A stretch of DNA of 63,423 nt, counting the filler, from Octopus bimaculoides (taxonomy: Eukaryota), in assembly GCF_001194135.2 (NCBI RefSeq). It is 8 parts of 7 records of this genome, joined end to end, with 100 filler letters (N's around TTAATTAATTAA, not from the genome) between each part and the next. Parts side by side here need not be neighbours in the genome. Positions count along the whole stretch, not along the records: positions 29,719 to 60,377 come from NC_068981.1; 7 more parts are not named here. One strand, given 5' to 3'. The notes beneath the pieces are model-generated. The model was given only the letters and a program-made list of their open reading frames with translations. It was not told where the DNA came from and did no database searches. The translations under genes were made by a program, and so were the position numbers. Shown here one piece after another: positions 35,945-48,821 of the stretch (position 1 is the stretch's first letter; the number at the start of each line of letters is the position of its first letter).

Positions 35945-36095
35945 TCATCTAAGTTCAAATTCCTTGGAGGTCAACTTTGCCTTTCATCCTTTTGGGGGTC
36001 AATAAAATAAGTACCAGTTGAACACTGGGTTGATGTCATCGACTAACCCACTTCTCTTAAACTTGCTGACCGTGTGCCAAAATTTGAAACCAATA
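35945..36095 (+). mobile_element. SINE type B, 5'-truncated
   Basis: type B body and tail. Confidence 0.75.
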
Positions 36096-37073
36096 TCTTT
36101 ATGTGGAAGTTTTCAAGTCAAGCCAAACAAAAGCAGTGGGGCAGCATAGTTTGACGGTGGGGATGGTGTCTCAAGTAATTTGTTATCTTAAAGAACTAGG
36201 TCAACAGTATGGGTATCTTTCAGTCTGAACAACTTAGGAGCTACTGTTTTATAGACTGGCTGTGTTTTACTTGGCTTCTTTTTCCCTTCTTTTAGAATGA
36301 GGTTAATAAAATTTCACTTGTCAAGGTACACTGGAGACAGTGATCCAATGATGGAACCTTTATTTGGTTGCTTGGATTGCTAGAAGTAACCAAATATCAA
36401 CTCAAATTACACCCAACCAACTTTAGAAAGAAGTGTACCCAATGCATCTACAATTACATTGTCTTATGTCTGAAATTAAAATGGATTAATTTGTGGTTAA
36501 ACAACAATAGTAGCTATTCAATGGAATTTATTTCTGAAATTTCCTGTGAAATAAATGTCATGTTATCCAACAACAGATAAGCACTTTTAGTTTCTTTGCT
36601 GGAAATCTTATCTCTTGTTAAAATGAATAAGAAGTTAGCTTAGGTATAAGTTTCATTACAATCAGCTAAACTATATTAAGATTGTTCCAATTAGAAGAAG
36701 CAGGAAGATAGTAAACTTGACCTAATTAGATCTTATTTTAGGAGCTTGTGTTACTTTGCTTCCTCCTTCAGTTCACTAGTTACCAGCATACTATAATTTG
36801 TTTGTTTTCTATAGAAGTAGCTGAATTTGAAACAATTCTTTTTAATACCTAGGAAGATTTATAGAAATATTAAATCAATCCAGTACTTGACTGGTTTTGC
36901 TGAATCTTCCTGAGAACTTTGTTAAGGATACATGTGTCTGTGGAGTACTCAGCCACATGTATGTTAATTTCACAAAGGCATAGTGGTTAGGGTTTTCAGC
37001 TCATGATCACATGGTCGTAAGTTCGATTCCTGGTGACGCATTGTGTCCTTAAACTTTATTTCACATTGCTCCG

Positions 37074-37270
37074 AACATTGGAGGGACTATAATGATCAAA
37101 AACAAACCTCGGTGCTCTACCAGCATGCCAAAGAACAACATGGTGGTGTACTGGACAGAATTAGCATAGAAATCCTGTCTAGACACCCCGGTGACGCATC
37201 GTTGCGGCAAATACAGGAGTCGGTCCTCATAACTGAAACGCAACCAATTTTGAACACCAAATACACGTAG
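37074..37270 (+). mobile_element. GIY-YIG endonuclease C-terminal fragment, Penelope-like
   Basis: EHW...SVLYQHAKEQH...IEILSR...RQIQESVLITETQPILN fits the Penelope EN pattern EH..S...H...IL...R..E..I...P.LN. Confidence 0.6.
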
Positions 37271-37732
37271 ATGAGGGCCTTACAATTGCCCATGGTTGCA
37301 TGTGTTGTTCACACATATGATGCAGAATATGAACGTAAATAAATAAATTTTAATTTTAAAAAAAAACGTCTCTATCTGATCTGATATAAACGAAATTGTT
37401 ACAAACACACATATGGACGCATATACTTACATATAAGCACGAACACATAGGTGCGTGCACACATACAAGCTTGCACACACTCACATGCTCATACCGAACA
37501 ATTTTAAAAACAACGCCAAAACAACGCTAGATCATACATTCAAAATAAATGGAAGTGGAGAGACAAGTTACTGAAGAGATTGCAAGAGTGCAATGAAATA
37601 ATTTAACAAAAAACTATATAAATTAATAAAGGACTGAACCAGTGCGTGTGTTTATTACCGGCATAATGCCTCTCCCAAGGTTTAATTGTATTTCTTTCAA
37701 CACACGTATCCACATCAAGAATCTTGCACACG

Positions 37733-37774
<42 letters not shown>

Positions 37775-38132
37775 TCATCGTTTATCATGTTTTCATGCTG
37801 GTATGGGTTGGACAGTTTGACCATAGCTGACAAGCAGGAGAGCTGTACAGGTTCTAGTCTGATTTGGCTTGGTTTCTATAGCTGGGTGCCCTTTCAAATG
37901 CCAACCACTTTATAGTGTGTATTGGGTGCTTTTAATATGGCACCAGCAAAGGGCTCGGCAGGCCAAGTTTCTTCATCAGGGGAAGCAGCCTTAAGACTTC
38001 TGCTGTGGAAGACAGGTCTTTTTGAGTACAAGGCGCCAGATATCTTGGTCCTTTGTCATTTCCTTTGAAAGGTTCGGTGAGTTGAGATTGTCCTCATATA
38101 TATGTATGTATACATTATGTTTCCTTTTACTA

Positions 38133-39637
38133 TGCAGGTCAATAATTCCTCAATAAAATCAAAACCCCTTGTCTGATTTTCTTAAAAGTTTTACAGGATA
38201 TGTAGGATTATGTATCCCATGTCTCATGTACTTTTTGTCTAAATTGGTGTACATTTAAAGCAGAAATGAAGAAAAACATGTTTATAGGGTGTTTCTTTTT
38301 ATTGTGCAAGTTAACAAGATACTACTTTCCCCCATGTGATAAGTGATTTTGAAATGTTTTTTTCTCAATTTCAGATACAGAAAATATAGAAATGGGTCAA
38401 AGTAAAGATACAAAATCAAAGGAGAAGAAAGAAATAGTGAAACTACTGGGAGAAGGGGATAAAAACAATTGTAATTTCTAAAAAGCTAAATAGAAATCAC
38501 AGAACAATAAAAAAAAACAGGTACAAAAAAAAGAGAGAGAGTAAGAATAAGGAAGAAAACAGGTTTCAAGAACATCACAAATAGAGATAAGAAAAAACTC
38601 AAAAGAATTATGTGCAAGAAAAGTGGGTTAACCAGCAAACAAATCTTTGAAGGAGCAAGAATCTCTAACATAGAAAGGAAAAAACGTTGCACTATACTAA
38701 ATGAAATAGGCAAAGTCATAAATTTCATAAAATTGCCTCCTTTAAATAAAGTATGCAAAGAAAAAAGAGTGGCATGGGCAAAAAGATATATGAAGACAGA
38801 CTTTACAAATGTAATTTTTACTGATGAATGCAGAGCAACATTAGATGGACCTGATGGATGAGAAAGAAGCTGGGTGTTATATAGAAAAAGTCAACCAACA
38901 CAATTAAGAAGACAGCAGGGTGGTGCAGGAATCATGTTTTGGGCTGGTATAGTTGGAGGAGACATTAGAGGTCCATTTAAGGTTGCTGATGGAGTCGAGA
39001 TGACAACTTCTTCCATTGGTACAAGTCAACATCGTGAAGTTTCAAGATAAAGAGCATATTTATGCATAATAATGCCCCTTCACACTCTGCCAAAATCACT
39101 ATTAACCATTTAGCTAAGAAAGGTTTCAAAGAACATAAGATTAATGAAATGGCCCCCACTCCGCCCCACCCCAATCTCCAGACTTAACAGAGAATTTGTG
39201 GTCAATTTTAAAATAAATGTATATTCTAATGGTAAACAATATCCAAACAAGGATTTACTATGGGAAGCAAAAAACACTGTTGCAAGTAATATTGAAAGTG
39301 AGATTGTTGAGAAATTGATAAAATCGGTTGATGAGAGAATATTTAAAGTTATAGATGGTAAAGGAGGCTATATAAAGATGTAAAATATACACGTATATAT
39401 TAATGGTCTGGTTATGTATTGTTCTATATGTAAATCATATTACATGTAGTTTATATATTTGTTAAGTTGCATAATAAAAAGAAACACTCTATAAATGTTT
39501 TTCTTAATTTCCATTTTAAATGTAGATTTAGACAAAAAGTACACAAGACATGGGATACATAATTCTACATACCCTATAAAAATTTCAAGAAAATCAGACA
39601 AGGAGTCTTGGTTTTATTGAGGAATGATTGACTTGCA
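38133..39637 (+). mobile_element. full-length but inactive Tc1-like transposon with about 180-bp TIRs
   Basis: TA on both sides (38131-32 and 39638-39); inverted repeats 38133-38317 and 39459-39637; transposase 38392-39383 with VIFTDE, IMFWAGI, MHNNAPSH and GGYIKM, broken by frameshifts and stops. Confidence 0.92.
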
Positions 39638-40129
39638 TAATAAAAGGAAACATAATGTATATACAATAGTTGTTAATGAATGTCACCATCATACATGTTG
39701 TGTCCTTAATTTCTCATCTTCCATGAAAACATGTCAAGCCATGAGAAAATTATTACCTTGCCTGAAAATGGGTAAGGGTCGGCAACAGGAAGAGCATCCA
39801 GCCATAAAAACTCTGCCTCAATGAATTCTACTAACCCATACAAGCATGGTAAAATGGGCATTAAACCAATGAGGACAATGATGATAGTGAGTCACAATTA
39901 TGTTGCTTGATGGTACCCAACAGTTTTGTCAAACTTACCTAAGAGGTACTTTATATTTAAATATTTTATATAAGAGATACTTAGTTTTACCCTCTAGTTA
40001 TTTTTATTCTAACATCTCAGTAATATTTTCATTCCAATACCTAGCATCTTTAAAATGTCTTCCGCTTCTGGTCATTTCAACATGCTTTGACCATTTAATT
40101 CAGATACAGTCTTTTTCTCTCACTCATCT

Positions 40130-40408
40130 GTCCATTCCATAGAAGAGCACAAGCACAACACTACTTCCATTTTTCCTGAGTGTTAACCCATGGCAGATGG
40201 GAAGCGGTACTGACTGCATTGAAATACTGTCTGTGTGTGTGAGCAGTGCGATGTCTCGCTCTGTGCAGCACCGTAGTTTCAAATATATCACACTGAGAAG
40301 CATCTGTAAATACACTGTAAAGTTCCTTGTATGAAAAATTAGTTACTGAACGGCCTAATACTGATACACAGCAGACTGTCAGTACTAAATCCATCTGCAA
40401 GGGGTTAA
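40130..40408 (+). mobile_element. 3' end of a piggyBac transposon: C-terminal cysteine-rich domain remnant plus right end
   Basis: translation ...TVCVCEQCDVSLCAAP*FQIYHTEKHL* fits the piggyBac CxxCxVxLCxxPCFxxYHT motif; ends AAGGGG-TTAA at 40399-40408. Confidence 0.75.
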
Positions 40409-40444
40409 ACTAATATACCGTCTGTTGTTCTTCTCAAGTGAAGG

Positions 40445-40728
40445 TGCATGGCTCAGTGGTTAGAGCGTCAGGCTAACAAGCATGAGGTAGTGAGTTTGGT
40501 TCTCGGACTGGGCTCTGTGTCATGTTCTTGAGCAAGACACATTGTTTCATGTTGCTCCAGTTCACTCAGGTGAAGAATTGAGTTGCGACTACACTGGAGC
40601 CAAACTGTATTGGCCTTTGCCTTTCCTTTGGATAACATTGGTGGTGTGGAGAGGGTAGGCTGGTATGCATGGACGACCACTGATCTTCCATAAACAACCT
40701 TGCCTGGACTTGTGTTTTGGAGCGGAAC
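40445..40728 (+). mobile_element. CORE-type SINE (type C)
   Basis: colinear with 9467-9810. Confidence 0.75.
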
Positions 40729-40747
40729 TTAAAATGAAAGTATATAT

Positions 40748-40957
40748 TAATTTCAAAATTTTTGCCACGAGGCCAGCAATTTCAGGGGAGGGAGTAGGTC
40801 AATTACATTAACCCCAGTGCTCAACAAATACCTATTTTATCGACCCTGAAAGGATGAAAAGCAAAGTTGACCCTGGTGGAATTTGAACTCATATCGTAAA
40901 GACGGACAAAATATCACTAAGCATTTTGCCCAGCATGCCAATGATTCTGCCAGCTCT
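40748..40957 (-). mobile_element. SINE type B
   Basis: reverse complement of the type B body. Confidence 0.75.
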
Positions 40958-41564
40958 GCAAGTCTTGTGAGTGGATTTGGTAGATGAAAACTGAAAAAGA
41001 AGTCTAGTGTGCAGTGTGTGTCCTCTTCTGTTTGTAATTATTTAAATTCTTCCGCTGAGGAAGGAGTTGATTTCTAACCAAGATACAAAGCTTCGTCATT
41101 GGAATGTAGATAACAAAAACTGGAGGAGTCTTGCATATTTTTACTGTTCCGCTTACAGAATGTATTTGTAATGTGCAAGTTAGTTGATGTATGCAAGTAT
41201 GTATGTGTGTGTTGTGCACAGGTATGTGTGTGTGTGTGTGTACCCATGTCCTTGACATCATGTGATAGTTGTAAGCAAGCATCGCCATTATAGAAGTGAA
41301 GTTGTTTGTTTCCAGTCATCCATGGAAGATATTACCATGTTTGGAAAAAGGTAAGGATTGGTGACAGGAAGAGCATCTGCCTCAACAAGTTCCATTTGTT
41401 GTTGTTATTGATGATGATGAAGATGATGATGGTACATACACACACACACATGAATAATAAAAACATTCTCCTTACATTGATATGGTTGGAGTGGATGTAG
41501 AAAGAAATTTAAGAACAGGTTAGAAATACTAAAATCAAATACTGGAGATAATTAAATAAGTCTT

Positions 41565-41570
41565 TTTATT
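41565..41570 (-). terminator. candidate polyadenylation signal of SF3B3
   Basis: AATAAA on the minus strand about 315 nt after the stop codon; the sequence is AT-rich, so this is not unique proof. Confidence 0.35.
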
Positions 41571-41884
41571 ATAATTATTATTATTATTATCAATGATGAT
41601 GGTGATAGCATAAGAGATGTCACTGTGAAAATATTTACAAAATGTTCAGAAAAAAAACTCCCAATATCTAGACTGCTGCTGTTTCCTAGGTTGCGTGCCA
41701 AGAAAAGAAAAACCCATCAGGATGATTTTCTTGAAATTCTTTTAGTTTGGCAGGAAAATGCATAGCCAATTGTCCAAAGAGTAAAACAATTCCCACTGAT
41801 GTCAGGTGGAGGTGGACAGGAGGACAAAATGATCCCTGTTGTAGTGTCACCTGTCCGTATTTCTTGTTCCCAAAACACTCTGCT

Positions 41885-41929
41885 CTAGAAGGCATAACGA
41901 GTTCTGGTATCCTCCAATTTCTTAGAGAC
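41885..41929 (-). CDS. SF3B3: SF3B3 last coding exon (VSKKLEDTRTRYAF-stop)
   Basis: 45 nt including TAG; ttcttttgcAG acceptor; matches the SF3B3 C-terminus VSKKLEDIRTRYAF. Confidence 0.95.
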   Translation of the reverse strand, partial: VSKKLEDTRTRYAF

Positions 41930-41989
41930 CTGCAAAAGAAATGAAAGTTAAGAGATACTTTAATATAGGAACACACATATCCATTCTGA

Positions 41990-42395
41990 GGCAGCTGACT
42001 TGGCAGATGCCCATAAAATTATTAACCATCTTACTAACAATAACTCTGAGTACCTTTTCAAATTCCACCTGTCTAACACCTGTGGACATGTTTACAAAGT
42101 CAGAAAACAGCACAGCACCTATGACTTTCGGAAACACATTTTCATGCTAAGAGTTGCTGAAGTATGGAACAAACTGCCTGCATCAGTTGTTAGTTGTCGG
42201 AGCACTGCATCCTTCAAAACTTACATGCTTCCTGAGATTCGCCAACACTACACCTGATTTTCTCCCCTCCATACACACGCAAGCATGTATTTGACTCATA
42301 CACTGTTCACTTTCCAGACATTTGTACAATACTGCATATGCTTCATATGCACTTTTGACAAGTTGTAGTGCACCTGAGCACTGTATACAATAATT

Positions 42396-42435
<40 letters not shown>
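41990..42435 (+). mobile_element. CR1-clade LINE 3' end, antisense in the last SF3B3 intron
   Basis: NTCGHVYKVR...RKHIFMLRVAEVWNKLP matches the CR1 C-terminal TRGH..K...RK.FF..RV...WN.LP motif; (ATT)n tail. Confidence 0.8.
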
Positions 42436-42436
<1 letters not shown>

Positions 42437-43117
42437 TCTCTAAATTGGTTGATAAACAAGTGAAGACAAAGTTTGATGGAAAGGGCCCTTTAATTTGGTC
42501 TTTCTTATAGAGGGCATGATCTCTTTAGTACTAATACCACAATCTAATGCACCTGATCGTCATTGTCATTTAACATCCACCTTCCATGCTGGCATGGGTT
42601 GGGTGGTTTGAATGGAGCTGGTCAGGCAGAAGACTGCACCAAACTGCTGTGTCTGTTTTGGCTTGGTTTTTACAGCTGGATGCCCTTCCTAACATCAACT
42701 ACCCAGCAGAGTGGACTGAATGCTTTTTGTAAATTGGTTGGTGATAGGAAGGGTATCTAGTCATAGAAACCAAACTGAAAATGAAACAGTGAAATGTGGC
42801 TCTCTGACCCATCCAGCAAGAGCAGAGACTCTTAAATAAAAACTGATTCAGACCACAACAGTTTGTCCAATCCAAGGTAAAAGAGAAAGCAGTTCTAAGA
42901 AGGAAGAATTTGATTAAGCAAAGTGAATACTCTTGCTGACTAAAAGAATAAGTTGGGAATAGCAGGGACTCCCCTGCCACACTCAGATCTCTAATTTTTC
43001 TTAATTTGACTCTACAGCTAACATTCTGCTCTGAGAACTCTAAATCACATTGATATTTCCCAAGATGGGATGAGAATTAAATGAGTACTGAACAGATTAA
43101 AAGCAATGTATTCTTAC

Positions 43118-43213
43118 CTCACTAGGGGTACGGTCTAAATCGTCACAAACACCCTTTTGCTTTCCAACATCCATGGAGTTGAACATCTCACAGAGATCGC
43201 CATCAATGACATT
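43118..43213 (-). CDS. SF3B3: SF3B3 penultimate coding exon (NVIDGDLCEMFNSMDVGKQKGVCDDLDRTPSE)
   Basis: 96 nt, cctttcAG acceptor, GTaag donor. Confidence 0.96.
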
Positions 43214-44649
43214 CTGAAAGGATAACAGAAAAAAAGATAGGAGTAAAATACTAAAATATAATTAATAGAAATCTTAAGACAAAAATTACATAATCAAACA
43301 TTGTCAGTAGGGGATAGGTAATGTTTTATAAAGATTTTATATAAACAGAATCAGTTACTGCCAAAAATATTACCAACATCAACAGCCATCAATAAATGTG
43401 CTTCCTTATGAAGTATATCATTACAAGACCAATAAGTAAAACTGTTAAAATGACTTTTTCTGCAGAAACATCTAAAGCAAAATATTCACACTAAGGACAA
43501 TACCTTGCTCGCTTTTAACTTACATTTTTAGAATGATGTTTTCTAAGGCTATATGCTGTTCTTATCACAAATCATTTTATAGAATGTATTATCATTAATA
43601 TTCTCTCACACCAGCAGCCTGAGTTTTTGCTGTTTCGCAGTGCCCAATTCTATCTCATTATCAGAATTACTGTTCTTTCACTCTGGCAGCGGCAATGTTA
43701 AACCCATTCGTTCAATTATGTGACCCTAAATCCCAAAATTCCATCTCATTGTGTTCTGTCTTCAACCAGCCTAACTCTGGTCTCTCTCTCTGTTTCGTTA
43801 ACCACTTGCTTCTCCCAACACTTTACCTCCGTTTTCCCCACCCCACCCTATATAAACTAGCTCGTTCAGATTCCCCTACCTCATATTTTAATACTTTGCC
43901 ACATGGAGTAGAAACCAGATGTTCAGATAAGTAGCCTTGTTTTCCAACCTAGCACACATCTAAAACCTCTTTTTCAGTGCAAATTATTATAATTACTTTA
44001 TTAGTTCATTTCATTATCTATCGATGTAAACACAGTTTCATCTTCCATGCTGTATGTTTAGAGAAAATAAACTTACGATCCCTTTGCTCAATCCAACCCT
44101 CTGTCTTTCTCCTTCTCTTTCATGCTCATTTATTATTGTCATTTATTCATTCACTTATCTAATTTTGTCACAGTTTGGCTGACTGATAACTGTTGGTTAT
44201 AGCTCTAGTTGAGAATGCAAATGCCCAATTCTATCTCATTATTATCATTAATATTCTCTCGTATTGGCAGCCTGAGATTTTGCTGTTTCACAGTATGCAC
44301 ACCCTTCCCACCCACTGTACCGGAAGTCTCTATCCTCTTACCTCTATCAGATGTCTCTCTCTACCTCCAAAGGTTTCATGTTCCCCCATCCCTACTTAGG
44401 GTTTATCTCCTATGTAATGTAGTGATTATGTAGCACATAAAATGATGGTGCAGTGTATGCAGGTTGAAGGCTATTGTATGTTTATGAGTTCTGCCAAATG
44501 TAAGCTTTCTTTTCAGGTACATGACACTGCTATCTCAGGATCTCGTGAGTTTAGTGTCCAATGAAGGAGAGGTTGGCATGGGTACCAGTCGTCGAATTTG
44601 GTTCGATTTCGATTTCACTTGTCTCAACAGGTCTTCGCAAGCAGAGTTT

Positions 44650-45060
44650 AGTGTCCAATGAAGTAAAGGTACGAATAAGTGGGCTGGTTACACCCCTGGC
44701 AGAGGCCACGGATTATGGTCTCACTTGGCTTGCCGAGTCTTCTCATGCACTGCATATTTCCAAAGGTCTCGGTCACTAGTCATTGCCTCGGTGAGGCCCA
44801 ATGTTCGAAGGTTGTGCTTCACCACCTCATTCCAGATCTTCCTGGGTCTACCTCTTCCACAGGTTTCCTCAACCGCTAGGGTGTGGCACTTTTTCACACA
44901 GCTGTCCTCATCCATTCTCGCCAAATGACCATACCAGTGCAGTCATCTCTCTTGCGCACCACAACTGATGCTTCTTAGGCCCAACTTTTCTCTCAAGGTA
45001 CTTACACTCTGTCGAGTATGCACACTGACATTACACATCCATCGGAGCATACTGGCTTCG
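44650..45060 (-). mobile_element. RTE-clade LINE 3' coding fragment
   Basis: ARMDEDSCVKKC...GRGRPRKIWNEVVKHNLRTLGL...DRDLWK. Confidence 0.8.
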
Positions 45061-45708
45061 TTTAAATATTATATTTTAAATAAAAAAAATTTTCAGTTAA
45101 ACTACATCAATAAATTGTTATCAATATATATTTTTTTATGAAACTCAAAAAAACCTGTTGTCGAGATTGATATTGATGATAAATTAGTGAAACACCATTA
45201 AGAATAACATTTTAACAAAGAAGATTGAAACACAAAAATCAACATTATTTTAGTGTTCAATTTTCCATGCCAACATAGGTCACTTGCACAGATCTGCCCT
45301 TCATCCAGTCATTAATAATCTCATCCATAAGATCCCACATTCTGAGACCTAACCAAAAATGATCTCTATTGACAACACAAAACAGTTTTGCAAGCATAAC
45401 ACATCTTCCATATGAATTTTACATAATATCTATATCCATCCACTCATTTCTTCTGCATTTATAAGTTGATTCTTTAATGCTAAGCTATTCTTTCAGTTAA
45501 CTTCACTTCATCAATTATCTAAAAATGGGTCAGCACTTACATAATTCACAAATTGTACCACTTCTAAAAATTTACTGCAATGTTTAATTTTTGATACAGC
45601 TAACAATGAAGATAAGAGTAGTGGCACCACCGGCTTTACTTTCCTCACCTTCAGTAGTCATTTACAGTGTTTACCAAGTTAGATAAAGTTAAGAGAAATG
45701 CTTTTTAC

Positions 45709-45813
45709 CTTGACAGGGAAGTAATATGAACGGAAAGAAAGATGATCTCGACCACAAAGTGGAGGATGTTCTGAGCGCATGTACATCTCTAAATGCTGGA
45801 AAAAGTCATGGTC
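45709..45813 (-). CDS. SF3B3: SF3B3 coding exon ([35 protein letters not shown])
   Basis: 105 nt, ttttccAG acceptor, GTaaa donor. Confidence 0.97.
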
Positions 45814-46291
45814 CTGGAAAACAAAACGCATTCAAATGGAAATGAATATAAAAATGTATTTTGTATAGGAGATGGAGGTAGGGGAGAAATCAGATAACAC
45901 AACTGAAGGTAACAACTAATCAATTCCTGAAAAAATGTCTTGCAAGAAACATTAGACATTTAATCACTGGCATTCATCAACCAAAGTCAATCCATGAAAC
46001 CCTACTTCTCTAGGAAAACAGGTAATCCTGCTAGCTTCAAATATGAGATTGCCACTTTTCTAAAGTTTGATTGTCTGTTAATCAAGCATATGAAAACAAT
46101 GTTTGAATAATGTATTTGTGTATGTATGGTATGTGTGTGTGTGTGTGAACATTGTGTATGAATTAAGAATTGTCATGTGAGTGTAGCTTTGATAGTTACA
46201 TAGTAGCAATTTTTATAGTTGTTGTCTCCCACTTTGGCAATAGGAGCTTTGCTTAACGAGGAGTATGACTGAGCAAGGTGACAATGATTAA

Positions 46292-46680
46292 TTAATAATG
46301 GTTTCAAATTTTGGCACAAGGCCAGCAAGTTTAGGGGAGAGGGTAAGTCAGTTACCTTGACCCCAGTGCTCAACTGGTACTTATTTATCAGTCCTGAGAA
46401 GATGAAAGACAGTCAAATTCAGTGGAATTTGAACTCAGAAAGGAAAGATGAGTGAAAGGCTACTAAGCATTTTGCCCAGTGCGCTAATCACTACCTTAAA
46501 ATGATTAACTAATAATCCTTTCTACTAAAGGTACAAGGCTTGAAATTTTGGGGGAGGGGACTAGTCGATTACATCAATCCCAGTATTTCACTGGTACTTA
46601 ATTTATCGACCCCAAAAGGATGAAAGGTAAAGTCGACCTCGGTGGAATTTGAACTCAGCATTTCGCCTGGCATGCTAAAG
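46292..46680 (-). mobile_element. SINE type B, tandem pair in an SF3B3 intron
   Basis: two reverse-complement type B bodies. Confidence 0.75.
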
Positions 46681-46739
46681 GTTGTCAGTTCAGATGATTA
46701 ATTAATAAGAAGAATGGAATGCTGCAGGCAGAAATAGTA

Positions 46740-48530
46740 CCAGAGAAGGAAATCATCATCATTGTTTAATGTCTGTTTTCCAAGCTGACATGGGTTGGAC
46801 GGTTTGACTGAGGTCTGGAGAGTCAGCAGCTGTGCCTGGCTCCAATTTCTGGCAAAGTTTCTACTGCTAGATGCCTTTCCTAACACCAACCACTCCAAGA
46901 GTGTAGTTGGTGTTTTTTATGTGCCACTGGCGGGCCTGGCATTGATTACGTTCAGATAGTACTTTTTACATGCTACCGGATGATGCTTTTTATGTGCCAC
47001 CAGCACAGGATCCAGTCAGGAGGCACTGGCATTGACCACATTCGGATGATGCATTTTACATACCACTGGAACAGGAGCCAGTCAGGGGGCACTGGCCACA
47101 GCTACAACTTTGGTTTTACTTGACTCAACAGGTCTTCTCAGGCATATCATATCGCCTGACGCATCAAGAGTACTCTTAAATGGGCTGGACATGCAACACA
47201 GGCATTGGCCATGGCTGCGATCTCACTTTAGTTCCTGGGTTCTTCTCAATCACAGCATATCTCCAAAGGTCTGTCTCCTGTCATTGCCTCTGTGAGGCCC
47301 AATGTTCAAAGGTCATTCTTCACCACCTCATCCCATATCTTCCTAGGTCTACCTCTTCCACAGTTAGGGTGTGGAACTGTCTTACACAGCTATCCTCGTC
47401 CATATGTAACACATGACCATACCAGTGCAGTCATCTCTCTTGCACACCACATTTGATGCTTCTTATGTCCAACTTTTCCCTCAGGATGCTCACTCTCTGT
47501 TGTGTATGCACACTGACATTACAAATCCAGCAGATCATACTAGCTACATTTCTTTCAAGCCTACGCATGTCCTTGCAGTCATGGCCCATGTTTCACTGCC
47601 GTGTAGCATGGCAGTTCGCACACATGCTTCATGCAGTCTACTTTTCATCCTGAGCAAGAGGCCCTTAGTTGCTAGCAGAGGTAGGAGCTCTCTGAACTTT
47701 GCCCAGGCTATTCTTATTCTAGCTGCTACTCTCTCAGAGCAACCACCTCCACTACAGACTTGGTTGCCTAGGTAGCGAAAGCTGTCAACTACTTCTAGTT
47801 CCCCACTCCCACCTGTCATGTGATGGAATCTGTTTTCTGTACATCTTCAGTGTTTATTGCCCCTGTGCATCTGCCACACACAAAAACTCTCTTCCCAGTT
47901 AATCTTCCTTTGATATTGCTGCACCTTTTGTGTCCACCAGGTACATTGTATGGAATTTCTACCTATGCCTTTTCTACAGATCAAGCAGAGCCATCTGCCT
48001 GAAGGGGGTTGTGATTTGACAGCCTTCCTACTTACTAAGACTTTGGTTTTTGCTAAGTTAACCCTAAGGCCCTTCAATTCTAGACCTTGCTTCCACACCC
48101 TAAACTTTGTCTCTAGTTCTGGCAGTGACTCAGCTATTAGAGCAAGGTCATCAGCATAGAGGAGCTCCCAGGGGCAGCCTTTCTTGAATTCCTCTGTTAT
48201 AGCCTGGAAGACTATGATGAATAAGAGGAGGGCTGAGGACTGAACCTTGGTGAACTCCTACCTCTACCCGGAATTCTTCACTGTACTCATTGCCAACCCT
48301 CACCTTACTGATAGCATCCCTGTACAGGGCTTGTACAGCTCTTACCAACCACTCATCTATCCCCAGTTGCTGCATTGACCACCAGATAAGGGATCAGGGG
48401 GACCCTGTCAAAGGCTTTCTCCAAGTCAACAAAAGTCAAGTACAGAGGTTTATCTTTGGCTAGATATTTCTCCTGCAGTTGGCTTACCAGAAATATAGCA
48501 CAAAACCAAACTGCATCTCATCTAAGCTAA
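46740..48530 (-). mobile_element. RTE-clade LINE, 5'-truncated (RT, C-terminus, 3' UTR)
   Basis: FVDLEKAFD, VEVGVHQGSVLSP, GLRVNLAKTKVL, LEVVDSFRYLG; frameshifted; ends in (GAT)n. Confidence 0.9.
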
Positions 48531-48821
48531 CTCTCTCCTAATTAGTTGGGCTATGACCCTCTCTGTAACTTTCATCACCTGATCCAATAATTTGATACAC
48601 TTGTAGTTATTTCTGTAATGTGTGAAATCTGTTGAAAATCTGGATATTGGCTTATGAATCTACGTGAACACCGACACATCAAAAAAAACTGAAGGTTGAG
48701 CTGCAAATAATTGCTGGGCTGAGTTTCAATAATAATTAAGACTAGATAATGTGAACAATAGTAGGTTATTGTGGAATAAAATACATTCTTAAAAATATTT
48801 CTAGAAAGAGATTCAACAAAC

